Under the pieces are notes generated by a model, which was not told the origin of the DNA, did not search any database, and saw only the letters and a list, made by a program, of their open reading frames with translations. 64,000 nucleotides of DNA from Tubulanus polymorphus (lineage: Eukaryota > Animalia > Nemertea), in the NCBI RefSeq assembly GCF_964204645.1, contig NC_134031.1, positions 2,356,001 to 2,420,000 of the forward strand, given 5' to 3'. A program made the position numbers and the translations under genes. Within the stretch, counting starts at the first letter, position 1, and each line of letters opens with the position of its first letter. Shown here piece after piece: positions 39,401 to 52,631 of the stretch.

Positions 39401-41260
39401 CCAAAGTCACCGACGGACAACCATTTTCTTCCCACCCAGTGCGGTTCCGTTTTGAGTAGTCATTTTACTGCTATATAACTCTTAACTGGGATTCTTTTAG
39501 ACGCAATGCGCTTTGAACGGTTAATATCTGGATTTAACACCGCATAAATCTCTTCATTAAATCATTGATTCCTGTGTTAGCCTTCCCGTTTAATATTAAT
39601 GCCGATTGCCACGACAGAGCAGACGACAGAGCAGACGACAGGCGCTCATAAACTTCAACTAAACCAATGAACTGTATTTTATTTCCCGGTGAAACGAATC
39701 GGTTAATCGCGTCTAAACGCAATTTGTCAATTCGACATCGAGCGCTGTTTGTTCTCGAGAAGATAAAAAAAGGTTTTATGCGGCTATGAAAAGCTTGTCG
39801 TCGAATACGAAGACGAATGGACGGTCTATCGACGACTGTAGGGCGCGGATTATTTTCATATTTCCGAATCACGTAATGTTTCGTCATCAAACTAGACCTA
39901 ACCAGCGTATTTGATAACGACCGATTTTCTTAGTACGAGCGATAAAGATTCTTCAACTCAGACAGCGCCGTCAGTCAGACATCGTGTTAGGTTCGTTTCC
40001 CGTTGCGATTGGATTTTGCTTAACATACTCCCCGAACCTAATGAGGTTCGAATCCACGACAATAAACGATATGATATTTTCATTTCTATAATGGCATACC
40101 GGTAATCACCAGTTGGCGCAAATCGACAACACACTGGGTTATTCGTGAAAATCAGTTCATTTTCGATGAAATTTGGACTTGAATTTTTAGGCCGCCCAAT
40201 CCGAAAATCATCAAACTTAGGACATCTGATAGATATAAGATTTGTTTTCTCACTCGGTGTTTTGTATAGATTTCTCTGAAAAATGATTTTGACGTTTGAA
40301 TATCAAAGATGCTGCAAGGCAGAAAACCCGTTATTGCAGCTTTGCAGCTTTGGTGTATCTTAATTGAACAGCAACTTTCAAAGATCCTTCCAATTACGTC
40401 ACCAGTATTTGCAAGCCACCAATGCATATATGTCACAGACAAACGCGCTAAAATAAAAACAATTTATATTTGCGATCGCGTGTTTATCCATCGACGGATT
40501 GTCTTTCTGAAGAACAGAAAAGTTTTTCTATCCAGACAGATAAGAAAGAATTGACTTTCGATAACGCTCCGAGCTGAATATTCGTGTCATATATATGTAT
40601 ATATATATATATGTGACTGTTTCGGAATAACATGGGCGAACAAATAATGGGCTTTATGAAGGAAACTGATGATGGATTCTAATACGCACGTACTGGGACT
40701 TTATCGACTGGAAAAACCTGCAGTCAACATCCGATATATGTAAACAGTTTTTGTGAATTATCTATATACAATTGAACATTCTTTTTCACTTAATCGAGAC
40801 GAAAATTTTCATCGCGATCAAGACGACGAAAACAGGGAAATTAATTGTATCTTTCACTTTAAATACTTTAATCTTTCCTTTCGCATGTATTATATATAAG
40901 AGGCTTGTATTTGGATGTGTTGGATGTGTTCACTAAATGGATGGATAAATATGCCCGTCAACAAAAAAAACGGAAATTAATTAATGGCAAACTTTAGTTT
41001 TGGCGGGGCGAATCTAGGATTTTCAAGGGGGTGCTCTGCTGGTCACCCCCCCCCCTCCCCACAACACTTTGACGAATTAGTGCAATTTTCATGCATTCTG
41101 GGCGTTTCAGGCACTGTTTAATCTTTTTATCGTTTTATATCTAGAATGTATCTTCTACTTAAAAATGTAGCGCTGAAAAACTGAAAATGAATATTACGAG
41201 AAATTTTCCAAATTTCAATTCATTTCATAAGAAAGCATGTTTTACGAATATTTACAAACA

Positions 41261-41468
41261 GAACAAAAATAAAATTGAAAAGGCTTTCTTATGTGATTTA
41301 GGAACAAAATTAAAATTGAGAAGGCTTTCTTATGTGATTTAGGAACAAAATTAAAATTGAGAAGGCTTTCTTATGTGATTTAGGAACAAAATTAAAATTG
41401 AAAAGGCTTTCTTATGTGATTTAGGAACAAAATAAAAATTGAGAAGGCTTTCTTATGTGATTTAGGAA
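41261..41468. repeat. 41-bp minisatellite, 5 near-identical copies
   Basis: Unit GAACAAAATTAAAATTGA[AG]AAGGCTTTCTTATGTGATTTAG starts at 41261, 41302, 41343, 41384 and 41425. Confidence 0.95.
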
Positions 41469-42906
41469 TAACATAACACTTGGGCTTATCGCGGAGATGG
41501 GAGTTAGAGTAGCTGGGGTGCTCGAAAGCCCGCGCCTGCGCGGCTCCACTTTAAGCCTGTGAATGTCAGGATATAGTCAGTAGTTAAATGTATTACGTTT
41601 AAGAGAAGAGTGAAGACCATAACGAAGGAAGCTGCGTGATTGATGATGACCTTTCGCCCGATTTCAAAAACCGCAAATCAATTCTGGCTCAGAGAACAGA
41701 GAACAAATTATCTTCGTTATACAAAGTGTTAATTAATATATTGACGGTGAGAAATTAGACGTTCGCGAGACAAATATGAAGAAAAAAAAATATACGTAAG
41801 AAATGATTTATTACTGGATCTCAGGCGCCGAGCTCTAGCCGTCTAAATAATTAATTAGTTTGAGGTTATAGGCGATTAATACGGTTGTTTTATAGAAATT
41901 ATTTTCATCCTTAGGAAATTTATTAACTTAGAATTCAGTTTGATGGTTTTCGATTGTTTGACTGTAGATCAAAATTCAAACGGTATGACCTTTCAGATAT
42001 TTTCCAATTTTCATCGATTCCAAAATATTCCTTTAAGAAAAAGATGAATTATTGCTGCTGGTAATCTCGGTCAATTCAATACAACTGACAAACGCACAGA
42101 AAATAGTACAGACCGGGTACCACTTAGAAATTAGTGTATTGAACCAACGTATGAATTTAACAAGAAAGTTAAGTCCGCGCATTAAGAGTGCTTTTGCTGT
42201 TGTTTGCAAAGTCGACTAACACTAGTTTCGAATAATTAATTCCTTGGCTTCTAAGAACTACAAGAACCAATTTAAAACTAACGGTTTTTAGCACGGGTGC
42301 GTGCGCACAAAGCGCAGCCTCTTCCTGTGTGCGTCGGATTTTACCTAAGCTGGATTAGATACGCTTAATCCATAGATTAATTGCATACCTTCACGGGGTG
42401 GGGATTAAAATAAAATCGATCAAAGACGTTATGTCGCGAGAAAGGGATTTACAAATAAAATGGATGAGCGTGCTTAGATGTTATCTAAGGCGCAGCAGCA
42501 GCACGGGAGAACAGTGGGGCTCATTGTCGGTACCGAGGACGATTTCAGGCGCACCTGGTACAAAATAAATCACTTGCAGATAAGATGATCTAATGAGAAA
42601 AAGATAAGTATTCGGATATCAAATACCCGTAGACGCCAGCCGCCGCCGTCGCTGGATGTCACAGAACGATCTAAAACTCCAACAGAAATGCTGCCTTCCG
42701 TGAACTAAATGCTGGACGCACAAATATCGTCGTTGAATCATTTCGTCGCGTTGAAAAATTCTAAAAGTTTACTAGTTCATGATTGGCTAGTCGGTAGCTC
42801 GATACTTTAAACCAATCAGGATACAGTTCCAGTCGCTGTAAACCATTATATGCCTTCAGACATAGATTGATCGAAATGAACTGATTTTTACGAGCTGATT
42901 TATGCA

Positions 42907-42956
42907 CTGGCTGGCTGCTGGCTGGCTGCTGGCTGGCTGGCTAGCTGGCTGGCTGG
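42907..42956. repeat. Imperfect (CTGG)n/(CTG)n simple repeat
   Basis: Read directly from the sequence. Confidence 0.85.
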
Positions 42957-43819
42957 ATAAAATGCGTAAGAATATGCCGTGAATGTCGGCCACGAATCTG
43001 TGTAAAAGCGTAACCATTTAACACATATACACACACAGCGTCGAATAATCAAATCAGCGAAATCTCGCGGGGAAAAGAAACCACTTTTTCCGAGCAATTT
43101 CGTTTCAATTCGATTGTCTGGCGAGGAGAGCAACGCGAGCGCCTGTGACGTCGAATCGATTCGACGCATTTAAAGTCTAATCGGGCGACGATAAGAAGTT
43201 GTTCGCCAGCTTGTCGATGCCGTGTAAATTGTAGCGACCGTTTGATCGAGTAGTCGTAAATGAGTTGAATAGAAAAACGGCAACGAACCGACGAGCGACA
43301 GACAATGAATAACCATGACTGCTATTGAATGCAGGTAATCATCAGGACGGCTCCTGCTCCCAGTTTCTCGAATTTATCTACCGTGCGTTCGCTGTCCGAG
43401 TTATTTAGTGAACTGACGTATGTACGTGACCATCAATAAAAAAATCGACTAGCCCTGGGCGGCGGTGACGGACGACGCCGCGCCGGAAGAGCAATAGTTA
43501 AGAAACTATTTGCGACGAGAAGAGCACTATAGAAACCACTTGATTAGCCATCTATACTGCCACTTCCGTCCGCATACAGCAAATTGATACGTCGTCCATA
43601 AAATATGATGAGAGAGCAATACAGGAATATATACGTGCGGCATAGCAGTCGAAAACACATTGCGGACAGGAGAAAACAAGAGAAAACATCAATCTTTTTA
43701 GGTCGAGATTATTTCACAATTTCTGCGGCAGGTCAATAAGTAGGAAATCCCACCAGAAAAAAAAAGATCTTATGTTCTGTTCATAGTTGTTGATATATTT
43801 CTGCGATGGTTCGACAGTA

Positions 43820-43860
43820 TGATCGATGATGGCTATTAGCTAAAAGCCGAAACGTTTCTG
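43820..43860 (+). mobile_element. Degenerate Penelope-type hammerhead motif
   Basis: TCGATGA-T-GGCT(ATTAGCTAAA)AGCC-GAAAC-GTT has the same architecture as 5622-5661, with the first core box mutated. Confidence 0.5.
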
Positions 43861-44574
43861 AAATATTTACATCTAAACACAATGTTTCGCCTTTTCTCTA
43901 AATTTATTGTGCCATTTTCTACTCGTAGCGTCCTATGTGTGCTGATTAACGGTATCTTTCTGTACATAGCCGAACCGGATATTGTAATCCGGCACTGAGA
44001 TTTGAACCGTTATGTTTCAGGTAACGTGTTGTTCAGTGAAGATTTCTCCATGTCATCGGCCGAAGACTCAACGATACAGTACTTATCGATGTTTTCTGTT
44101 TTCTGGCGCGCCATATTTCGAAACAAAGTTTTTCTGTTTGTGGTTTAGTTTTTCTGTTTGAAACGTGTTTTTCGATTGTTATTATTATAATTGCGCGCGC
44201 ATAGCTTCCGTCACAATTATAGTTCATTCACCTCGATATGATATATAGATCATGATTGCTACAACGGACAGCCATACCAGTTTGAAGCCTGGACAATGTC
44301 AGACCGTATCATGATTAGTTTTATATATGACCTGCATGTGAATTATGATACGTCGAGGGATATTATACGTGACGATAACGGTCAGAATTAAGTTTGTCAT
44401 CGGGAAATAGAATCATCTATACACTTCAGCCCCGGGCGCCATTTGTCATCTGATAAAGTCAACCACTACCCCCTCCCTCCCCGGGAGAGGCTGATATCCC
44501 CGATATTTTCGCCGCGGTAAAATGACCACGTCCTCGAGTCTCCGTGGAGCGAACTCTTGTCATAGATGCATGAA

Positions 44575-44930
44575 ATTCATTTTATTTATCATAAATCAAA
44601 ATCGTAAATAGAAAAAAGGATCACCGATAAAACAGTAAAGGAAAAAGTGAACTAATCTAATATCTACAAAGTGAAAAATAGATACATTCAATATTCTTTA
44701 AGTGATATTTACAAATCTTTTAAATCGATATTTAAAAGAATTGGTTTGTTGGAATTAATGAAGGCCGAAAGGAAAGTATCTAGGTTTAGATTTATTATGT
44801 CATATCTAATTCTTAGTAATCCTTAAGTTTACAGTATGAAAGAAAATGGGTTTCGTTGCCAGTAACTTTAAATTTGTAAGATAATGATGAATGTTGAATG
44901 ATTACTCCACAAGGTAAGAGGAACCACGGA
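44575..44930 (-). mobile_element. Highly decayed LINE 3' end
   Basis: The minus-strand GNETHFLSYC resembles the E..HF...C zinc-knuckle tail of LINE ORF2. An AT-rich tail follows, with AATAAA near 44582. Confidence 0.3.
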
Positions 44931-47915
44931 GTTTGCGGTATCATGTTCTTCCAAAATTGTACTGTTTCAATTAATTTTTTGGACCGAAGTCTTTAAACTA
45001 GACTAGAACATTTAGGTATACGTTAAATAAGACCGAGCTGTTCCTCCGTTGTTTGGTCTGATAGCGCGTTTCGATGACGCAGGGCGCTCATGGTGTCTAG
45101 AGGCTGATCTCGTACTTTGTTGATATTGACTGAAATGGAGACGATATTACGGTGACTGAATATGTTTTCTCTTCCGATATGTCCACCTGAACCAGACACA
45201 AATACCGATCTATTCTGATATCTGATACAACAGCACTGAGGGCAACTAATGATTGCTGTACTGCATCCACTTGCTTCAAGCTAAACGGGTTTTGCACCAA
45301 AAATCCCCGGCAGACATCAGACACCAGTTTCTTGCGATTCATGATTTACGGCGTTATGTGATGAGAGATGATGGTAACGCGAGTATCCTCCAACATCATT
45401 ATTGTTGCACGACGCTTAAAGCAAGCATCAGGTTTACTATTTCATTCGGCCAATTAAGCGAAAGACTGATTAATGTACGCATCTAGTTTTTTCTGGCATT
45501 GATTTGTTGCTAATGAAATATTTCTGTTGTATTAGTGGACGTTGTACACCACCTGGTTGTTAATACTGAGAGCCGATTTACGAAAGCCGGGTTAGCAAGG
45601 CGAGCAACAGCCACTTAACAGCAAGCTTCCGTGAAGCCTCAAAGAGTTCTGAAGCTTGTTAAATTCTGTGTCTAGATGCATTGGTCTATCATTGGCCGTC
45701 TGATATAAACTGGCCGCCTTTCAAGATCTCATCATACTATTAAAGCAGTGGAGATAATCGTCGATGAAAGCATTCTTCATTAGTCGGTTTTTGAGATTGA
45801 AATGCTTATAATTTGATTAATGGCTTAAGATGTTTTTCTTTCATTTGTTTTGCTTTCGTGTTTAGCCTTATCGAACTCAATTTCAAGCCGAATATACAAC
45901 TAGATCGGTATAGAGGCAAATATCTACCATTCTGAAGTCTATACCGATATCAGAGTATTTTCCCTGGGAACCAGGTTGGTTGGGCGCCCTGTATAAGCGG
46001 CTAAAGTGCGCGAGTCGCATTAGATTGGATTAGGTATCTTCGTTATAGAATTGAGCTGCGCGATACGCGATACATCCAGCAACTTAATTAACATGTCAAT
46101 CACCGATGGACCGAGTTAAGAATATCATTTCTTTTTGCCGATAAAATTCACCTCGTCGTCGAACGGGAGAAGAAGCCTCATATAGTATCCCCTCTAGTAA
46201 TAATACTCGATCGTACGGGTTTTCCGCGCGGTGTTTGTCCGTTCAAAAAGAAAACATACCTAAACCTGATGTTGAGACTTTTTTTCTCGTCGGTGTCGTT
46301 TCAATTCGTGATTAATTCATCACCGGTTTTACGACGCCAGACAACGAAGGTCAAGGTCGTCGATCCTCTTCAGACGACGACAACGCTTCGTTTAATCCCT
46401 CGTAAATACCCTTAAATGTTCTTACCGAACGGGGGGATACCGAACGTGCTTATTTTAGGTGGATTTCTGGAGTGGCGGTAATTTCGATAGACCAGCGACG
46501 GTTCTAATTATAGCGATGAATCAATTTTTGCAGCTTTCCCCGATGGAAAAAAATAAGGACTACGAAATCATAAGTCGACAATAGTAGAGATTTCCAGTTC
46601 CAAAAATGATGGCAAGAAATCTCGTGTCGCAAGTTTCAGCTCGTTTCGATCAAGAGACGCGAAAAATATGAAAAGTTGCTAAAGAGTTTATTTTTCTGTT
46701 CAGGCGTATGCATGATCGCAATCATAATGCGCTTCATCTCAGTTTGCGCTTCTCGCCATTACGACGAAGCTACGAACGTCTGGTTTTGAAAGCGAATTTT
46801 TCAATCCTCACGACGCGTTAAGTCTTCAGTTTCGTTTCGATGATCTAAGAGAGCAACAGTCACTTAAATCTTATAAACAGATTGTAAAATCTCGCACATC
46901 ACGCGTAATGATAAACCAGACGAGTGGGAGCCATTCGCTTGACTCGTGCACATGCATATGTATGGGCTTTTTCGACAGCATTTTTGACACAAAGGCGCTT
47001 TTCTTTTCGACTCTGCTTCTAACGGTCAGTGATTGTTATTCTCATGCCGGGCAGGTATCACCAATGCCCCACGTAGCGCGCGATATCGCCGCCCAGTCAA
47101 TCATACGTATATTAAGACGGATCATATGTAGACATATTTTTAGCAATCTCGGTGCATGTGTATCTGAGATGTTTTGATATGGGAAAAAAATTGCGCTCGT
47201 GACGGGAATGCAACCGTTACGAAGCAGGGATTCGTGTTATGATAATGAAGCATTCACGCTGAGCGACAAATTTCCGATCTTGCGGCAATAAAAATCTACG
47301 ACAACCAGCGAAAACCCACAGGGCCTCATTTCGCGGGGCTAATAATGATTAATTTGGATTTGGTAAAGCGGACGAAAATGTAAACGCTACCATTGATAAG
47401 TAATTGTAATTTTTTGCTATTTCATCAAACGTTTCGAGTGGAATATAATTAGCTCGGCAAGTCGGAACGTGAAACATAATGCATTTTATGACATTGAAGT
47501 TGTTTTCCATTAAAATGGTGACCGTCGGAACGCAGCTCCACGCGTGCACCTCAATGTTAAGTTTAAAATCAGGAATCAGTTCCTAAGTTTAAATTAATTA
47601 CTCAAGTCTGGAATGAAGGTAAACAAACAACAAGTGCAGTCAATTTATTCATTAATCCCTGCGTAAAATTCTAACCTTCGGTTCTTACTTCATATTCGAA
47701 AACTTTGAAGTGTAACCGATTTTTCGAAAGAACGCACCTTCGTTTGATCTTGATACGATGCACATACGCATCGAAGTTTTCTTTCGACAAGTTCGACAAC
47801 TGTATTTGAGTTGGTGATGAATATATTTTTAAAAACACCGCTAACGAAGTGACGAAAAAAGTAATAACTGCAATTGAAGAAGCGGGTGAAGAAATTGGTG
47901 AACATGAAGACTTAC

Positions 47916-48139
47916 CGAGAGAGACGGCGAGAATCCGGATAAATATACAGTCGTTATTGCGGTTACTAAGCCGGATGTCAGACGAGAAGGTTAAATCCAA
48001 TTCTCGACCTCTCGGCCGGCGCTCAGATTTAGTGACGCGTTGATCGTACACACACCACTCTGATACAGACGAGGGATGTTTACAGACAGCTAGATAACGA
48101 TGCGACTGACTCGAGACCTGGAGAGACGCGCTATTTATC
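47916..48139 (-). promoter_or_regulatory. Candidate Pol II core promoter and non-coding first exon (48107..47916)
   Basis: A TATA-like GATAAATA (48139-48132) lies 31-32 nt upstream of the Inr TCAGT (A at 48107). A 192-nt ATG-free, CpG-rich exon follows and ends at TCG|GTAAGT. Confidence 0.55.
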
Positions 48140-48334
48140 GCAAAAAACATGGCGTAATTATCAATACGATTGATATGTCGACCGCGCTTTCATTCGCGAT
48201 CCATTATTTTTTCCTCATGTTTTGCTTGAATTTGAGTGTATTTATAATTACCATTCTTCAAATTTTCAGAGCCAGATAATGAAATTACCTCTTCGTATAA
48301 AGCGTTCTTAAGCCGCGATCAAACAAGCGTTTTT

Positions 48335-48505
48335 GGCCCGTACCAAATTTCGGAAAAAACTGTTCACACGGGTGCCAAATTGGCCCGTGCCTGTTTGGCC
48401 CGACCAAAAACGTCGGACCAGACCCGAGCTAAATGTTGGCACATGATTTGACCCGTTCTAACGAGGTAACGGCTAGATTCGACTCTGGCTTGATCCGGGC
48501 CAGGT
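48335..48505. repeat. Dispersed repeat (GGCCCG-rich DNA transposon fragment), homologue of 68-390
   Basis: Same alignment as the 68-390 entry, with repeated TTGGCCCG motifs. Confidence 0.55.
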
Positions 48506-51500
48506 CTCCGTGCGAGTTACTATTACAAAGTATGAGTGTCTAATAATACGAAGTCAGTCAAATTTCCAGTGGATCAATCAATCTTTGACGAGATATCGAA
48601 ATTCGTAGCAGTTTGTTTTTGTAATATTAACGCAATTTAAATATTTTGAAAAATATAGAAATAAACATATTCATGTATTGTGAAGAGCTTTGAGATTGTT
48701 TTTAATGATAAGGACTTTTTAGATAATTGATTATCATTATTATTATCATGATTTTTATCATCCAACATTCAAACACTTTCGATAATTTCTTCCTTGTTTT
48801 TATAATGGATTTTTTTCTAGAAGGCGTGAAAACAGCCACATAAATCTAGAATATACAAATGACAGCGCGTAAAACCGTGTTCATTGACATACATGAATCA
48901 CACGTCTCTTTTATGCATTATTTTTGATTTGGTCTGGTTGATGTGATGGACGAGACCGACTCTCGCAAAATGGGAATTTATTCAAATCGTGTCCAAACAG
49001 CATTACACGCGCCGTGTTCGTTCATTTGTCACAAAGCCGGGCGCCACATCAATATCGCGTTGTGTGGAATTGAACGTAACGGCAACATTTACACGGTCAA
49101 TAGTTCAGACAAAACGCAAATAAACAAAACCGTAAGTGTCATGCGAGATGACAATGTATGCATTCAGCAAAATCAATATCTATCATCAAAAAGCGTTTTT
49201 ATACAGGGATAGCTATAGCCGTTATTTAGAGCGTTTTGATTTAGGACGGACCAGGCGACCACACTAGTAAAAAGTCAGTTCTAGATTGATCCGTTCCATT
49301 TTAGAAACGGACTAAAATGACTGATTCCTGTCCTTTCTAATTTTCAGAACCGACCATTTCTATGATGTTTGAAAGAAACTTCGCCTGTGAGCAGCAGTAT
49401 TGAGTCTGGAGCAGTGATAATAGCTGACTTTAAAAAAGTGTATGAATGCGCAGCATTGATTTAGTCCGTTCAAATTTGGTCCGTTTCAGGTACGCGCAGA
49501 ATAAGAACGGTCCAACTATCGGTAGTCCGGTTTTTCGAAGTATTTGCGAATGCATTGATCGGAGACAGCAATCATAGTTGAAAACTTCGAGATTGTTTTT
49601 AGATCGGTCGAAATAAGTATGAAAACCACGACCAAAAAAGAATCAAAGCTAATGCTTTACGTTAATTTGAATCTATTTTTCCTTTCCCTACTTCCGTCAG
49701 AGATCGTTTTATTCTACCGATCTGGATTGAGACAAAAATTGAAAGCGCACGCGCATTAAGAGAACGGACGGAGCGAGCGTGGAATCGGATTCGTTTGATT
49801 TGAAACTAATTTCACTCCGTGGCGGCGGCGGTGGCAATCTTGTAATTCAACACACGATTGAGGAGTTTTTTCTTGATTAGTTTCCGCGGACGGGGAAGCG
49901 ACGCCGCGAAACCGGTAATCAAAGGCAGCTGTTTGAAATGAAATTTGCGTAAAATGATAGAGCAACATCCCTCTCTATTGGGTGACGTTGAACGGACTAT
50001 ATCGATCCTTATAAGGAAAGTATGCCTTCTAGCAGATTATTTAGGAGCTAATGCTATTAGTTCTTATCGAGCAAAATATCCAATTGAATAAAAAATGGCA
50101 TCCTAATACATTAGATCTGATAATTAATTGAATCAACGTAAAGATGCGTCCCGGGATGCTAGAAAATTATTAATCCAATCTACATGAAATTAGGGTGTTC
50201 GTCATTATCAAATGATAATCAAATCAAGATAATAAATTTGTATTACAACAGCCGTAGGGACGCGATGTCAGACGGGGCTAAGCTCATTTCGGTTCAATCT
50301 TATAGGTTAGCATGTCAGGGAAATAGTTTGTCGCAGACACCATCGTCTGGTATGACCGCATGTAAGCCCCACGAGACGATGACTTGTATCATTTCTGTTA
50401 TGCTATGATTTCTACGTTTCAGGAATTAGCTAACTCCCATAGGAGGAATACTCTGCACCTTTTCTTCGCAGACGCAATTCAGGACACGGATAATTTGTTC
50501 TTACGTCCCTTGCTGACAACCAGCCACGTGATAAAGGGCAAACGCCGCGTCGCGAACGAGTTGAAAACTTTTCTCTTCACCGTCTGGAACTGTAAAGGGA
50601 TCTAGCTCAGACGGCCGTACAATTATCGTTCACAAACCTCGGGCTCTACGCGGTAATAAAATCGCTCTACAAAGCTGATTATTTCGTCATCAAATACACG
50701 ACGACCATTTGCAACGAGCTCCTGGAACTTAGATAGTTTTTCCGAGCGAGCTATTACTTTGTCGTTAAATTGAATAATCCGGCTAGAAAACTATAGCAAC
50801 ACAGGAAATAAATTTCAATTAATCGCAAAATTAACTATAAACGTCCGTTGCACGAATCATCAATTCTAACAACTGGATAAATTGACTTTTATGTTTTGTT
50901 TAGGCATCGTACAATGGAGTACACCAGCGTACAAACGAAATGGAGCGCACCAGAGTTGTGTAATATATAAATTTGTCATTCAAAAATAGGAAACAAGCTA
51001 TTTTTGTTCTAGTGGATGGACCCTCAAATAACTCGCACCGCTTGCTGGTCCAGGCTGGTTGGAAGATCGTTTGAATGAACCGGAACCGAAATCTATGCAC
51101 TTCGATTCAAAAAAATTCTATGAAATCGATCACCGATCACACATTTGCTATGCCTGTACTTCGATTTCGATTACAGCAACAAACACCCTGTTTCGCTCCC
51201 GGCAGGAGTGCTGGGTTTTTAAAGGGACACCAAACCAAAACACGAATCAAACGAAATGTACCAATTAAACAAATAAATAAGTGACAAACCCTGTTTTTAA
51301 GATAGACAAAAAAACTGACGCTGGATTTCGTGTTATCAGCTGTAATTGGCCACTCACGATGCCGCGAACACACCAAACCGCCTCGCGCTGTCGTCATTAA
51401 ACTTATTTTCACCGAAGATCGATCGGATTTTAATCGTATTCTCCTAACAAATTCACTCGTTCCTCTCTGCACTTTTTCTTTTAATTGCGGTTCGTCTAAT

Positions 51501-52558
51501 TACAAAATGAGCGCCGGTAGAGAGATGGCTCAACGGCAATTAGACTGATAGCAGAATGAATCGCAGCTATCATCCATCAATGATACCACTGGTTACGATG
51601 TGTCTTTTTCGTTCGTTCCTCACCTCACAGTGCCTTTCTGCTTTGCTACTAAATAAAACGTTGATAGTGCGGCGGGTCCATCAATTTTATTACGAATCTA
51701 TAGCAACAGTATTATTCGTCTATGAGAGATATTTCTTTTTTACTCACAAATTAACTCAGTCTCTCGCAAAACAACTGTCGCAACGTCGCAAAAACGTTTT
51801 TATGGTTCCTGCCCAGACCACGAGGTAATTTACTTCTGAATGGCGAATTTATAATTCGAATAGATTCTCCTCGTTAAGATAATTGCCGATCGATTTTTAT
51901 TGGCGAATTCAAACGGATAGCAATTTGTTTTACATCAAGAGAAAATATTTCGTGATCACGTCAATATAGAGAAAAATGATAGACCTAATATTCATTAGCA
52001 GCAAAGAGAATGTTTTACCCGTCAAACTGTGACGGATGTATCAATTTATCTCGCTCTAATACGAGATACAACAAAAGGCCTATCGCCAAACGAGCGATTT
52101 TATGTAAAATACGTCATCGTTTCGTGTGCCCGTAATATGTATAATAGGCCAATCACGATCGTACCCAGTATTTCGGATGATAAACGATCAGGATCTTGAT
52201 GTTGTTCAATTGTGTAGAGTCGTTTTATGAAGGCCGGCCGAGTACATAAACCTTTTGTAAGAATGGATATAGAAAACTTAACTTCAGAACCGAGTCAAAA
52301 TTACTTAATGTATCTTCAGATAGATCGGAATCTTTCTCTCTAGCAAATCAAATTCTTCCCCATGTTCACAATATTCTAGTTAAGCTTAAGCCGTTTGAAA
52401 ACAACACAACCCTTTCATCAAGAAATGTGAAAATATCACCATGAGCACTATACAGTAATTCCTTGTTTTTTAAGTGGCGATTTGTTTTTCAAATGTTGCG
52501 ACAAAAAAAAATATATTTTAGAAAGCTAGAGGCCTCAACTCCAAAATAATGATGTCGC

Positions 52559-52631
52559 CGATCCTGCCAGGACTCGAACCTGGAATCCCCTGATTCGTAG
52601 TCAGATGCCTTATCCATTGGGCCACAGGACC
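52559..52631 (-). tRNA. tRNA-Arg, anticodon ACG
   Basis: The 73-nt sequence GGTCCTGTGGCCCAATGGATAAGGCATCTGACT-ACG-AATCAGGGGATTCCAGGTTCGAGTCCTGGCAGGATCG folds into a full cloverleaf with A and B boxes. A T4 run follows 12 nt downstream (52543-52546). Confidence 0.96.

Noticed and set aside
41261-41468. Possible CRISPR array
   Set aside because: The units are head-to-tail with no unique spacers, there are no cas genes, and the context is eukaryotic.
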